Source: Novosphingobium sp. (GTDB taxonomy: Bacteria > Pseudomonadota > Alphaproteobacteria > Sphingomonadales > Sphingomonadaceae). Taken from it: 64,000 nt of DNA. Position numbers and translations under genes: made by a program. The number at the start of each line of letters is the position of its first letter. The stretch's first letter is position 1. The stretch lies in NCBI GenBank assembly GCA_039917735.1, contig JBDSIY010000102.1, forward strand, positions 3,888-67,887, in the 5' to 3' direction. Positions 28,030 to 36,963 of the stretch are shown here, one piece after another. Under the pieces are notes generated by a model that worked only from the letters and a program-made list of their open reading frames with translations, was not told the origin of the DNA and made no database searches.

Positions 28030-29231
28030 GCCATGGCCTTCCGGGCGATAACGGCGTTCCCCGCCAGTGCTACGCAACCGGCGGCCAGACCGGCGACGCC
28101 GGCGAACAGGAACGCGCCCTGCATCGAGCCCGAATACCCTTCGATAACGTGCACCAATCGCGGCGATTGCGATTGTCCAAGGAAGAACGCCCCCGTCCAC
28201 AAGCCTATGCCGCGCCCGCGATGCTCGAAGTCGAACTTGGTCTGGGCCCACGAGATCAGCGTCGGGACCGCCATGCCCGCCGCGGTTTGCTGAACGACCA
28301 GCGCCGCCAGCATCGCGGTGACGCTTTGGGCGAGGCCCATCCCCGCCAGCCCGGCGCCCATCAGCGTCAGGAACACGCCGAGCTGCAGGGTGTTGGGCCG
28401 GTTGGCCAGCAACCGGAATAGCCCCGAGCCGATCAGGATGCACAGGCTCGGCACGAAGATTAGCCGTCCATAGCGGTCGGGCTCGGTCACGCCGACTTCA
28501 ACGAAGGCAAGCGCGCCGTTGATGATGAACACGTAGTAGAGCATCGACGCGAAGAGGGTGATTGCGGCGATCAGCACTGCGCTGCCCCAGGGAAAGGGCG
28601 TGGCCGGCGCCGCCCGCGGCCCCGGCTCATCGAGCGCCTCGGTGCGGTGCGGTTCGAACAGCCAGACGAACATCGCCGCCCAGATCGGAAAGGCGACGAG
28701 GTACACGAAGAACACCCCGTTCCATTGCAGCTCGCTGGCATAGCCGACGATCAGCGAGAAGATCGCGGCAATGAAAGGTCCGAGCAGGCCCTGAAGGAAC
28801 AGCCAGTTCTTCCTACCGAGATCGTCCCAATAGTCGCCGATCAGCGTGTTGACCACGGTCAGGATGCCCGCCTCGGACACCCCGAGGAGCAGCCGCGAGA
28901 TATAGATGTGGTCAAGATTGTCGAGCAGCAGCGGCGCCGATCCGAACACGCCGTACATCGCCGTTGCGAGGAGCAATAACGGGCGGCGGCCGAAGCGATC
29001 GACGAGCAAGCCGGCGAACGGAGCCAGCAGCGCCATCGCCAGGCCGGGCGCGCCGATCATCGCCGGCACTTTGGCTCGTGCTTCGGGATCCTGCGCGAAA
29101 TGCCCGATCATCGTCGGCACCGCAGGGCCCATCGCAACGATGGCGATGATCGGCAGGAATGCGGCGATGACGACGGTCAACCCCTGCGGCTTCAGCGTCA
29201 GTTCGCGAAAGAATGTGCGGATCGCGTCCAT
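28026..29231 (-). CDS. MFS transporter
   Basis: AGLLVDRFGRRPLL motif A; about 12 TM segments. Confidence 0.9.
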   Translation of the reverse strand: MDAIRTFFRELTLKPQGLTVVIAAFLPIIAIVAMGPAVPTMIGHFAQDPEARAKVPAMIGAPGLAMALLAPFAGLLVDRFGRRPLLLLATAMYGVFGSAPLLLDNLDHIYISRLLLGVSEAGILTVVNTLIGDYWDDLGRKNWLFLQGLLGPFIAAIFSLIVGYASELQWNGVFFVYLVAFPIWAAMFVWLFEPHRTEALDEPGPRAAPATPFPWGSAVLIAAITLFASMLYYVFIINGALAFVEVGVTEPDRYGRLIFVPSLCILIGSGLFRLLANRPNTLQLGVFLTLMGAGLAGMGLAQSVTAMLAALVVQQTAAGMAVPTLISWAQTKFDFEHRGRGIGLWTGAFFLGQSQSPRLVHVIEGYSGSMQGAFLFAGVAGLAAGCVALAGNAVIARKAMA

Positions 29232-29305
29232 TGCCTCTCCCAACCGACGCTCGATTCGTCGTCGTGCCTGCTGCTTGCGTCAATTAACCCTGGAATCGCG
29301 TTGAG

Positions 29306-30130
29306 CTACTGCCCGGCCTTGATCCCGGCAATCTCAGTTGCGTCAATAGGACGGATCGCGACGTTGCGGAACCAGACCTCGGCAGCTTCGAACTCCAGCG
29401 CGATGCGGCCTTTCTTCAGTGGCGCGGCTCCGCGGTCGATCATCGCGAAGAGCGTCGTCACAATCCGTCCATTGACCAAGTGCGCGGCCTGATCGTCGAA
29501 GGCGTAAAGATCGAGCGTATTCCAACCATCGAGCTTCTCGTAAACACCCGAATGCCGTAACCACTGGCGAGCGAAGCCGCCGGCGACCAGCGGCTCCTGG
29601 TAGCTGCGTGGCAGGCCGGGGAAGTAGGTGGGCCAAAGCGGCGTTCCCCCCAACAGCGGTCCCTGGAGCGCCTTCGTGTTGACCATCACCGCGTCCCCAA
29701 CATCCCCTTCCTCAACTTGGAACTCGACGCAGTCGGGAAACAGCCGGTCTATTTCAGGGGCCATATGATAGAGGACGCCGCTGTTGCGCCGTTGCAGCCC
29801 GCGCGGCGCAAAGCGGCGCTCGCCCCATCGGAACTCGAGCCGCAGGTGGAAGTCGTGCCATTCCTGCACCGTGGCGATATGGCCGAACGTCGCGCTGGCC
29901 GGTCCGTCGAAATCGGGGCCGAGAAAGTGCAGCATGCCTTGATCGATCGCGATCGCCTGGTGAGCATCACGATTGCCAACGCCCTGCTGAAAGATCGTCC
30001 AGCCATCCAGATCCCGGCCGTTGAACAACTTGCGCCAATTGGGCTCGGTCGGCGCCGCTGCGAGCAGCCGGGCCGGAGCAAGAGCAAGCGCAGCGGCCGC
30101 GGAACCGATTGCATGGCGGCGGTCGAGCAT
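29306..30130 (-). CDS. DUF1080 (3-keto-disaccharide hydrolase family) protein with twin-arginine-type signal
   Basis: MLDRRHAIGSAAAALALA; LFNGRDLDGW, DFHLRLEFRWG, NSGVLYH, EFQVEEGDVGD, GRIALEFEAAEVWFRNV. Confidence 0.88.
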   Translation of the reverse strand: MLDRRHAIGSAAAALALAPARLLAAAPTEPNWRKLFNGRDLDGWTIFQQGVGNRDAHQAIAIDQGMLHFLGPDFDGPASATFGHIATVQEWHDFHLRLEFRWGERRFAPRGLQRRNSGVLYHMAPEIDRLFPDCVEFQVEEGDVGDAVMVNTKALQGPLLGGTPLWPTYFPGLPRSYQEPLVAGGFARQWLRHSGVYEKLDGWNTLDLYAFDDQAAHLVNGRIVTTLFAMIDRGAAPLKKGRIALEFEAAEVWFRNVAIRPIDATEIAGIKAGQ

Positions 30131-30136
30131 CCCGAC

Positions 30137-30529
30137 TTACGCCGCCAAAGCCAGTTCCTTGGTGTCCTTGGTGGTGGGCACGAACGGCAGGTAGGACACC
30201 CGCATCCGCACCGCGAAGGTGATGCTGTGCTTGCCGGGCGCCAACCCACCCGGCTTCAGCGCGACAATCCGCGCCTTCTCGCCGAAATTCCAGCGGTCGT
30301 CCAAGACGGTTTCCATCTCGTCGAGCGTATAGGTCTTACCGCGGACCGAGAATCGCACGTCCTCGCGCGCGATCGCGTCGCCGTCGACGGTGACGGCGAT
30401 GTCCTCGACCATCGAGAGACCGAGGCCGCGATAGTAGGGCAGCCGGCCCAGAAAGGCGAAGCCGATGGTCTCGCCGTTCTCGACGACGTTCTCGAACAGC
30501 TCGGTGCAGATCATTTTGTTGTCCATCAT
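30137..30529 (-). CDS. DUF6379 protein, C-glycoside deglycosidase beta-subunit-like
   Basis: RLPYYRGLGLSMVEDIAVTVDG, GKTYTLDEM, W.FGE.A, GGLAPGKH, R.SYLP; directly downstream of the TIM-barrel alpha-like gene. Confidence 0.82.
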   Translation of the reverse strand: MMDNKMICTELFENVVENGETIGFAFLGRLPYYRGLGLSMVEDIAVTVDGDAIAREDVRFSVRGKTYTLDEMETVLDDRWNFGEKARIVALKPGGLAPGKHSITFAVRMRVSYLPFVPTTKDTKELALAA

Positions 30530-30584
30530 GGGATGGCACTCCGATTGGGGCCGGCGTTGATCGTTCGGCCAGCGAAATGGGATC

Positions 30585-30672
30585 GTCATGCTGAACCCGG
30601 TTCAGGATCCATCGCGCGCGCCGGGGAAAACGGCGAAAGGGTAAATGGACCCGGATCCAAGTTCAGCGTGAC
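30585..30672. other. Intercistronic imperfect inverted repeat (stem-loop)
   Basis: GTCATGCTGAAC (30585-30596) pairs with GTTCAGCGTGAC (30661-30672) at 11/12; the inner GGATCCAT pairs with ATGGACCC or GGATCC. Confidence 0.55.
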
Positions 30673-30689
30673 AAGGGAAAACGGGTGGG

Positions 30690-31700
30690 TCAGGCCGCCT
30701 TGAGGGCCGGAACCTCCGGTTCACCGAGCAGCTGCGCCAGCATCACCTGCTGGCGCCGGACCTGCTCGACCGAATCCGGCTCCTCGGCGTCTTCGATCCA
30801 GCGATTGCCTTCGTATTCGGAGCATATGTAGCCCTGATAACCACCCTGCTTGAGCACCGACACGATCTCGTCGTAGGGGATAGACGGCTCGACATAGTCG
30901 GCGGTCATCTCATAGAACTTGCCGTGGACGTTGTGGATGCGCGGCATGTAGTCGAGCATCCGCTTCGGCTCGAACGCGGCGTTGTGGCGCATCACCTCGG
31001 CCATTGCGATGGCCGGGCCGACGCCGCCCATTTGCTGAACGTCAAGGATCACATATTCGGACAGCACCCGGTCCTCGTATGCCTTGACGATATAGTCTGC
31101 GATGTTCTTCGGCACGCCGAGCCGTTCGAACTTCGCCCGCCAGACGGGTGGGTAGGCATGGAGGAACATGCCCATGTCGGGGAGGAAGCCGAGCGCCGGG
31201 GAGCCCGACTTGTCGAAAGCCTCGGCGAGGCGGATGATCCAGGGATGGTCGAAGTGCAGCGGAGCGTGGACTTCGGTGAGCAGCATGATGCCCTTTTCTT
31301 CGGCATAAGGCGCGGCGGCGACCAGCACGTCCGGCGAGATCGAGACCAGCGAACGCAGATATTTCATGCCGAGCCGGACGCCGAAATCGATGTCCTTGCG
31401 CACGCTGGCGACCTGTTCGTCGAACGGCATCAGCCGCCCCTTGTAGCGCTTGTAGTCGAGCATGTAGTCGTGGCTGACCGGAACCGTGCCGTACTTCTGC
31501 ATTAGCCCATGCCAGTTGGCGATGGCGGCGTCCTCGACGCCGACCTCGGGCCAACCCCAGAAGCTCTGCTCGCCGATGATCTCGATGCCATAGGCGCCCA
31601 TTTCGGCGCAAGTCCGGACGCAATCCTCCAGGTTCATCTTTCCCTGAAAGGTCTCGTTCTGGAAGCTGTAAAGGCTCACGCCCCGCTTGATGTCCGCCAT
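30690..31700 (-). CDS. Metal-dependent TIM-barrel, C-glycoside deglycosidase alpha-subunit-like
   Basis: GVSLYSF N-terminus; candidate metal/catalytic motifs EVHAP, PDMG, HGKFY, SEYEG; paired with DUF6379. Confidence 0.82.
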   Translation of the reverse strand: MADIKRGVSLYSFQNETFQGKMNLEDCVRTCAEMGAYGIEIIGEQSFWGWPEVGVEDAAIANWHGLMQKYGTVPVSHDYMLDYKRYKGRLMPFDEQVASVRKDIDFGVRLGMKYLRSLVSISPDVLVAAAPYAEEKGIMLLTEVHAPLHFDHPWIIRLAEAFDKSGSPALGFLPDMGMFLHAYPPVWRAKFERLGVPKNIADYIVKAYEDRVLSEYVILDVQQMGGVGPAIAMAEVMRHNAAFEPKRMLDYMPRIHNVHGKFYEMTADYVEPSIPYDEIVSVLKQGGYQGYICSEYEGNRWIEDAEEPDSVEQVRRQQVMLAQLLGEPEVPALKAA

Positions 31701-31760
31701 AAATCCTCTCTCGTGAAGGCATCCACCCTGAGCGGGCTTGCGCCGCCCGGTGATGCAAAC

Positions 31761-31776
31761 TAGAATCTATATTCTA
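31761..31776. promoter_or_regulatory. Palindromic operator, copy 3
   Basis: TAGAATCTATATTCTA followed by TATTG; 20/21 identical to copy 1 with its flank; upstream of the alpha-subunit gene. Confidence 0.8.
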
Positions 31777-31861
31777 TATTGCGCGCCCACCGTCAAGAGT
31801 GAAAGTTCCCTGAGAGAGAAATTAACACGCTTGTGGCGCGTGGCCGGGTTGTTTCCTGCCG

Positions 31862-33202
31862 TTAAGCGGTCGCCAGTCCCCGGGCGGTGATGTCGTCCCG
31901 GATGCGCTGATGCTTGCCGTCCATCGGCCAGAACATCACGACGAGGATCTGGAGGCCGATCAGGACCACCGCCCCGCCATAATAGGACCATCGTATCGCC
32001 TCGCGCGCAGCGTCGCTGACCGAACCGGGCGCATAATCGTAGAATCCGAGCATGAACGCGATCCCGGCGGTGCCGATCGCCATGCCGATCTTGGTGGCGA
32101 GGCTGACGCCGGCGGACAGCAGCCCCTCCTTACGGGTGGCGAACAGCCACTCGTGGTAGTCGACGGTCTCTGCGATCATCGTGAAGGCGGCGGTGATCGT
32201 GATCGAGGTCGCGAAACTGGCGAGGAAATAGATCGCCAGAAACAGCGGCGGGTTCGTTTCGGTGAGCGGCAATAGCAGGAACAGGATCATCGCCGCGAAG
32301 AGTACGGCGACGCAGCCCCGGCGGATGCCGGTGCGGGCGAGGATCGCCGGTGCGACAAAAGACGACAGTAGTAGCATCCCGGCGACGGCCGGCAGCATCA
32401 CCGAGATCATCCAGGGCTCGCGCAGCACTTCGATCGCGAAATAGGTCGTCACCGACATCATCGCGCCGAAGCGGATGAAGTAGAGCAGGCAGAAGCCGAA
32501 GCTGACGATCCAGGCGCGGTTGTGCAGCATCTCGCCGACGGCGGGGAGGATGGCGAATTTTGCCGATCCGGCATCCTCGTAGCGCTCGCGGCAATTGCGG
32601 AACAGATTGATCAACGCGGCCAAAGACAACCCGGCGAACAGCACCGCCACGGCCAGGAAGCCGCGTTGCTCATCGCCCCTGCCGAAAAGGCCGACCAGCG
32701 GCATCGTTGCCGCCGTGCCGAGCACCACCGCCACAGAGGTCCCGATCGAGCGCATGCCGCTCAGGCGCAGCCGATCCGACGTATCCTCGGTCATCATCGG
32801 CATCAGCGCGGTATAAGGGATCGACCCGAACGACATGACAATGCCCAGCGCCTTGAAGGTCAGGAAGGCATAGACGAGTTGACCCCATTGCGACCATCCC
32901 GGCACGCTGAACACCAGCACGAACAGGACCGCATAGGGAACCGCGGTGACCAGGAAATAGGGCCGCGTCCGGCCCCAGCGGCTGCGCGTCTTGTCGACGG
33001 CGATGCCAACCAGGAAGTCGATCACCGCGTCGAGCAGCCGGGCGGTCAGGAAGATCGTCCCCACCGCAGCGGCGGGCAGCTTCACCACGCTGACGTAGTA
33101 GTAGAGCAGGAACCCGCTCGCCATATTGTAGGGCAGGCTGTAGCCGAGGTCGCCGAAGCCGTAGCTCAGCCGCTCTGACAAGCGTAGTCTGGGTTGTTCC
33201 AC
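31862..33202 (-). CDS. GPH (glycoside-pentoside-hexuronide):cation symporter
   Basis: ERLSYGFGDLG, ARLLDAVIDFLVGIAVDKTRSRWGRTRPY, ETVDYHEW; GTG 33202 with a GGAG RBS. Confidence 0.92.
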   Translation of the reverse strand: MEQPRLRLSERLSYGFGDLGYSLPYNMASGFLLYYYVSVVKLPAAAVGTIFLTARLLDAVIDFLVGIAVDKTRSRWGRTRPYFLVTAVPYAVLFVLVFSVPGWSQWGQLVYAFLTFKALGIVMSFGSIPYTALMPMMTEDTSDRLRLSGMRSIGTSVAVVLGTAATMPLVGLFGRGDEQRGFLAVAVLFAGLSLAALINLFRNCRERYEDAGSAKFAILPAVGEMLHNRAWIVSFGFCLLYFIRFGAMMSVTTYFAIEVLREPWMISVMLPAVAGMLLLSSFVAPAILARTGIRRGCVAVLFAAMILFLLLPLTETNPPLFLAIYFLASFATSITITAAFTMIAETVDYHEWLFATRKEGLLSAGVSLATKIGMAIGTAGIAFMLGFYDYAPGSVSDAAREAIRWSYYGGAVVLIGLQILVVMFWPMDGKHQRIRDDITARGLATA

Positions 33203-33227
33203 CGGATCGTCTCCAGTCTGGTTCGGA

Positions 33228-33566
33228 TCAGAGGCCGAGCGCGGCGCGGGTCTTGGCCAGGGACTCGGCGGCGGGAAGCGTCGGCTTGTATTCCAGCCCG
33301 ATGCCGCCGTCATAGCCAAGCTCGAGCGGCATCGCGATCACCACCGGCCATTCGACCAGGCTGCGGCGCGGCTCAACGACAATCCCGGTTAGCTGAACGC
33401 CGGTCTCAGCGAGCACGGGGCCAATCGTGGCGACATCCTTGTCGCGCCAGAAATGGAACTCGACGGCGTCAAAGCCAGCGGCGCGGGCGGCACGGATGCG
33501 TTCGGGGGTTTCGGGGTGCTCAGACGCAAACAGCCTTTCGATGCACGGCGATAGGTACACGGGCAA
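33228..33566 (-). pseudogene. Hydroxypyruvate isomerase (Hyi)-like TIM barrel with a large in-frame internal deletion
   Basis: The N-terminus (LSPCIERLF...RIRAARAAGFDAVEF) joins directly to the C-terminus (LGYDGGIGLEYKP). It is 112 aa versus ~250 aa for the family, and the central EPLN / D.YH / H.AD.PGR motifs are absent. Confidence 0.78.
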
Positions 33567-33624
33567 TCTCTCCCATCGCGCCGCACCCGTTGTTCGGGCG
33601 TCGAGCTGGCGTGTCGCCGTTTAT

Positions 33625-33640
33625 TAGAATAGCAGTTCTA
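33625..33640. promoter_or_regulatory. Palindromic operator, copy 4
   Basis: TAGAATAGCAGTTCTA in the divergent hyi*/TonB receptor intergenic region. Confidence 0.78.
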
Positions 33641-34020
33641 GTTACCGGGTGAGCGGGGTTTGCGCAAGCCCTTTTCCCAACGCAGGCGCCGTCGCCATGG
33701 CCTCGGCGCAATCCGGATGGCGGGGCACGGCGCCTGCTGCCAGGCGGGGCATGCGATTGCTGTTATACATAGCCCCCAGCTATGAAACATCGATAAAACA
33801 TTATTTTACGCGACCGGGGCGGTGGGGCAGGAGTTGCGCGGCAAGGCATCGCTTCATGCGCAAAAGTTGAACGCAGCAATTCCAGTTGTGGTCTGCTATT
33901 GAAACAAAAAATTCGACCGATGGATTAGCCGGTGGCAGAGGCAACGCGGTGTCCGCGGTACGTCTTTAGCGTGAATCGTAGGCGCCCGAAGCGGCGTCGA
34001 ATTTGGGGAGAGTGATCATC

Positions 34021-36441
34021 ATGTCCAAGCGAACGTACCTGCGCGCCTTGCTGACTGGCGCCGCCATCTTGGCGCCGGTCACACCGGCGCTGGCACAGCC
34101 GAGCGCGGCTGACGACAGCAACATTATCATCGTCACCGCGCAGAACCGCGCGCAGGCGGTGAACGATGTGCCGATCGCGATTGACGTGGTGACCGGCGAG
34201 AAGCTGCAGCAGGCTGGCTTTTCGAACATGAACGACATCGACAAAATCGCCCCCGCCGTCCAGCTCAACCAAGACCAGGGCACGGTGAAAGTCACCGTGC
34301 GCGGTGTCGGCACCAACTCCAATGATGAAGCGCAGGACACCTCAGTCGTCATCAATATCGACGGGGAGTATCTGAACCGCCCTAATGCGCTTGGCGTTTC
34401 GCTGTTCGACCTGGACCGGGTCGAAGTCCTGCGCGGGCCGCAAGGCACGCTCTACGGACGCAACTCAACGGGCGGCGCGATCAACTTCATCACCCGCAAG
34501 CCGGGTACGGAATTCGGCGCCAACGCTTCGGCGAGCTACGGCAACTACAATGCAGTTCGGGTCGATGGTGGGATCGATCTGCCGTTCGGCACCATCGGCG
34601 GACTGCGCCTCGCCGGGTTCTACGATGAGCATGACGGCTACACGCGCCATCCTGCGAGACCGGGGTTCTTCGTATTCCCGGCGTTCGCCGGCGGTCGTTC
34701 GGACGACAACCAGGCCTACGGTGGCCGGGTGTCCTTGCAGCTCGAACCAATCGACCACCTGACCATCAACGTCGCCGGTGAATACGCCGAGCGCCACTTC
34801 ATTCCATCTACGTTTGCCTACACCGATCTCAACGGCGCCGGCAACGGCCCCGGCCCGAACTGCACGCTCAATGGGTACAGCCGAGTCGCACCGGCGTACC
34901 CCCAGACCTTGTGCGTACCGTCTAATACCAACTTCCTCTCCACCATCGACCGCTCCAATTTCCCCACGCCGTTCTTCGGCTTGGGCAACATCGACCAGAA
35001 AACCTACGCATTCCGGGGACGAGTGGCTTATGAATTCAGCGAGGCAGCGACTCTAACCTACACGGGCGGCTACCGCAACTTCAAGGAGAACTCCTACCGG
35101 CCGTTGCCGATCGTCTACCAGTCGTTCGGCTTCGGCAACGAGACGAAGACCCAGAGCCACGAATTACGGCTCAACGGCGTGGTGGGCGGCATCACCTATC
35201 AGCTGGGCGGGTTCTACTTCAAAGAAAAGATCGCCAGTGAAAGCGGCTTCTTCGTCGCTCCGATCGGGTTGCCTGGGGGTTCGTTCCTGACCTACTTCGG
35301 CCGCTTCATCAGCAGCGACAGCAAATCGGTCTTCGGCCAGGTCGAGGTGCCGCTCGGCAGTACCCTGACCGCAGTCGGAGGTCTGCGCTACACGAAGAAC
35401 TCCCGTGACGCGACCTACATCCAGGGCAACCCGTTCACTGCCTATAACACCGTTGCGATACCGGCCGGCCCGGGGTGCTCGGGCGCGATTGGCTCGTGTA
35501 TAGTCGGTAGCCCGAACTTCGCGCTGCTCGGCACAGGACCGGCCCGGAAAGACGTGTTCAACATCGCCGCCAACATCCAGCCTCTTTCGACCAGCGAGGA
35601 CAAGATCACCTGGCTCGCGGGTCTAAACTACAAGCCCAACCCCAACACGCTGATCTACGGGAAGGTCGCGACGGGCTTCAAGGGTGGCGGGTTCGATGCG
35701 ATCGGCAACTACAAGCCAGAAAGCAACACCGCCTACGAAGGCGGCTGGAAGCAGACCTTTGGCGATCACCGCCAGCACCAGTTCAACCTCAGCGCGTTCT
35801 ACTACGATTATAAGGATCTGCAGGTCTCCGTCCTGCTCGATACGACAAAGGGTGGCCAGACGTTCAACGCCGGTAAGGCGAAGATCTATGGCTTCGAGGC
35901 CACAGCCGACATCGCGTTGGACGACAATGACCGGTTCAATGCTTCGTTCAATTACCTACACGCGAAGTATGGAGAGCTGTTCGCCCAGTTCAATGTGTTC
36001 ACTGTTCCGGGCACGGGCCCGGACATCAACGGCGTGGGCGATCTCGATCCGAACACTCCGGGAATCCAGCAGCCGAACTTCAAGGGCAATACCCCTCCGT
36101 TCTCGCCTAAATTCATCATCACAATGGGCTATGAGCACGTTTTCGACCTAGGGGGCGCGGGCCATCTGACCGCTCGGGTCGATACCTTGTTCAAGAGCGC
36201 CTATTTCACCGACTTCTACAACTATCGCGACGGTCGCCAGAGCGCCTACACCCAGACCGGCGCCAGCCTGGAGTACAAGCCTGAGAACCGGCGCTTCACC
36301 GTCGCGGTGTTCGCCCGCAACCTCGAGAACGAGCGGACGCTGACTTATGGCAGCTTCGTCTCCGCAGGTCCGGACGACATCTACAATTGGCAATTCGGCA
36401 CGCCGCGGACTTACGGCGTACGCGTCGGCGTCGACTTCTGA
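34021..36441 (+). CDS. TonB-dependent receptor (~806 aa)
   Basis: Signal peptide, IIVTAQNRAQ, DRVEVLRGPQGTLYGRNSTGGAINF, C-terminal PRTYGVRVGVDF. Confidence 0.95.
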   Translation: MSKRTYLRALLTGAAILAPVTPALAQPSAADDSNIIIVTAQNRAQAVNDVPIAIDVVTGEKLQQAGFSNMNDIDKIAPAVQLNQDQGTVKVTVRGVGTNSNDEAQDTSVVINIDGEYLNRPNALGVSLFDLDRVEVLRGPQGTLYGRNSTGGAINFITRKPGTEFGANASASYGNYNAVRVDGGIDLPFGTIGGLRLAGFYDEHDGYTRHPARPGFFVFPAFAGGRSDDNQAYGGRVSLQLEPIDHLTINVAGEYAERHFIPSTFAYTDLNGAGNGPGPNCTLNGYSRVAPAYPQTLCVPSNTNFLSTIDRSNFPTPFFGLGNIDQKTYAFRGRVAYEFSEAATLTYTGGYRNFKENSYRPLPIVYQSFGFGNETKTQSHELRLNGVVGGITYQLGGFYFKEKIASESGFFVAPIGLPGGSFLTYFGRFISSDSKSVFGQVEVPLGSTLTAVGGLRYTKNSRDATYIQGNPFTAYNTVAIPAGPGCSGAIGSCIVGSPNFALLGTGPARKDVFNIAANIQPLSTSEDKITWLAGLNYKPNPNTLIYGKVATGFKGGGFDAIGNYKPESNTAYEGGWKQTFGDHRQHQFNLSAFYYDYKDLQVSVLLDTTKGGQTFNAGKAKIYGFEATADIALDDNDRFNASFNYLHAKYGELFAQFNVFTVPGTGPDINGVGDLDPNTPGIQQPNFKGNTPPFSPKFIITMGYEHVFDLGGAGHLTARVDTLFKSAYFTDFYNYRDGRQSAYTQTGASLEYKPENRRFTVAVFARNLENERTLTYGSFVSAGPDDIYNWQFGTPRTYGVRVGVDF

Positions 36442-36481
36442 GATCAGGCTCTTAAATCTGCAGCCGCGCTTTACCTACCAG

Positions 36482-36835
36482 ATGTACGGCATGCAGGAGA
36501 TCAACAGCTCGTTTCCGCGATGCCAGGGAGGCAACCGCTATCACGTACCGCCGTGGGTCGCCGTGCTGCCACTCGACAAGGAAGGGGACGCGCTGGTGCC
36601 GGGGTTTGGCGAGGGTGCGGTCGAAGGCCGCGCCGGCCTGTTCGACCTGTCGCTTGTCGCGCGCTGGGTCGGAGTGATTTCCGGTGATCACATTCACGTC
36701 GATTTCCGCGCCTGCGCGAGCGGCGCCAAGTCGCCTTCGATCCGCGATGACATCTATCGCTATTCGGACATCGAAGGTGACGACAAGATCGGCTGTGCTG
36801 GCACCGTCGACGCCTATGTGCCCGGCCTCAGTTAG
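36482..36835 (+). CDS. Hypothetical protein or gene remnant (117 aa)
   Basis: Open frame fills the gap after the receptor; no motif recognised. Confidence 0.3.
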   Translation: MYGMQEINSSFPRCQGGNRYHVPPWVAVLPLDKEGDALVPGFGEGAVEGRAGLFDLSLVARWVGVISGDHIHVDFRACASGAKSPSIRDDIYRYSDIEGDDKIGCAGTVDAYVPGLS

Positions 36836-36963
36836 CAGGGCAAAATATAGCTCTTAACCCGGTATCGAGCATTGATTGATCACCGGAACGCGGGGGGCGC
36901 CGAGGTGGCGGCGTACCTCAAGTCTGATCGCGCGAAGTTCCTCGGACGCCTGTCATCCCGAGA

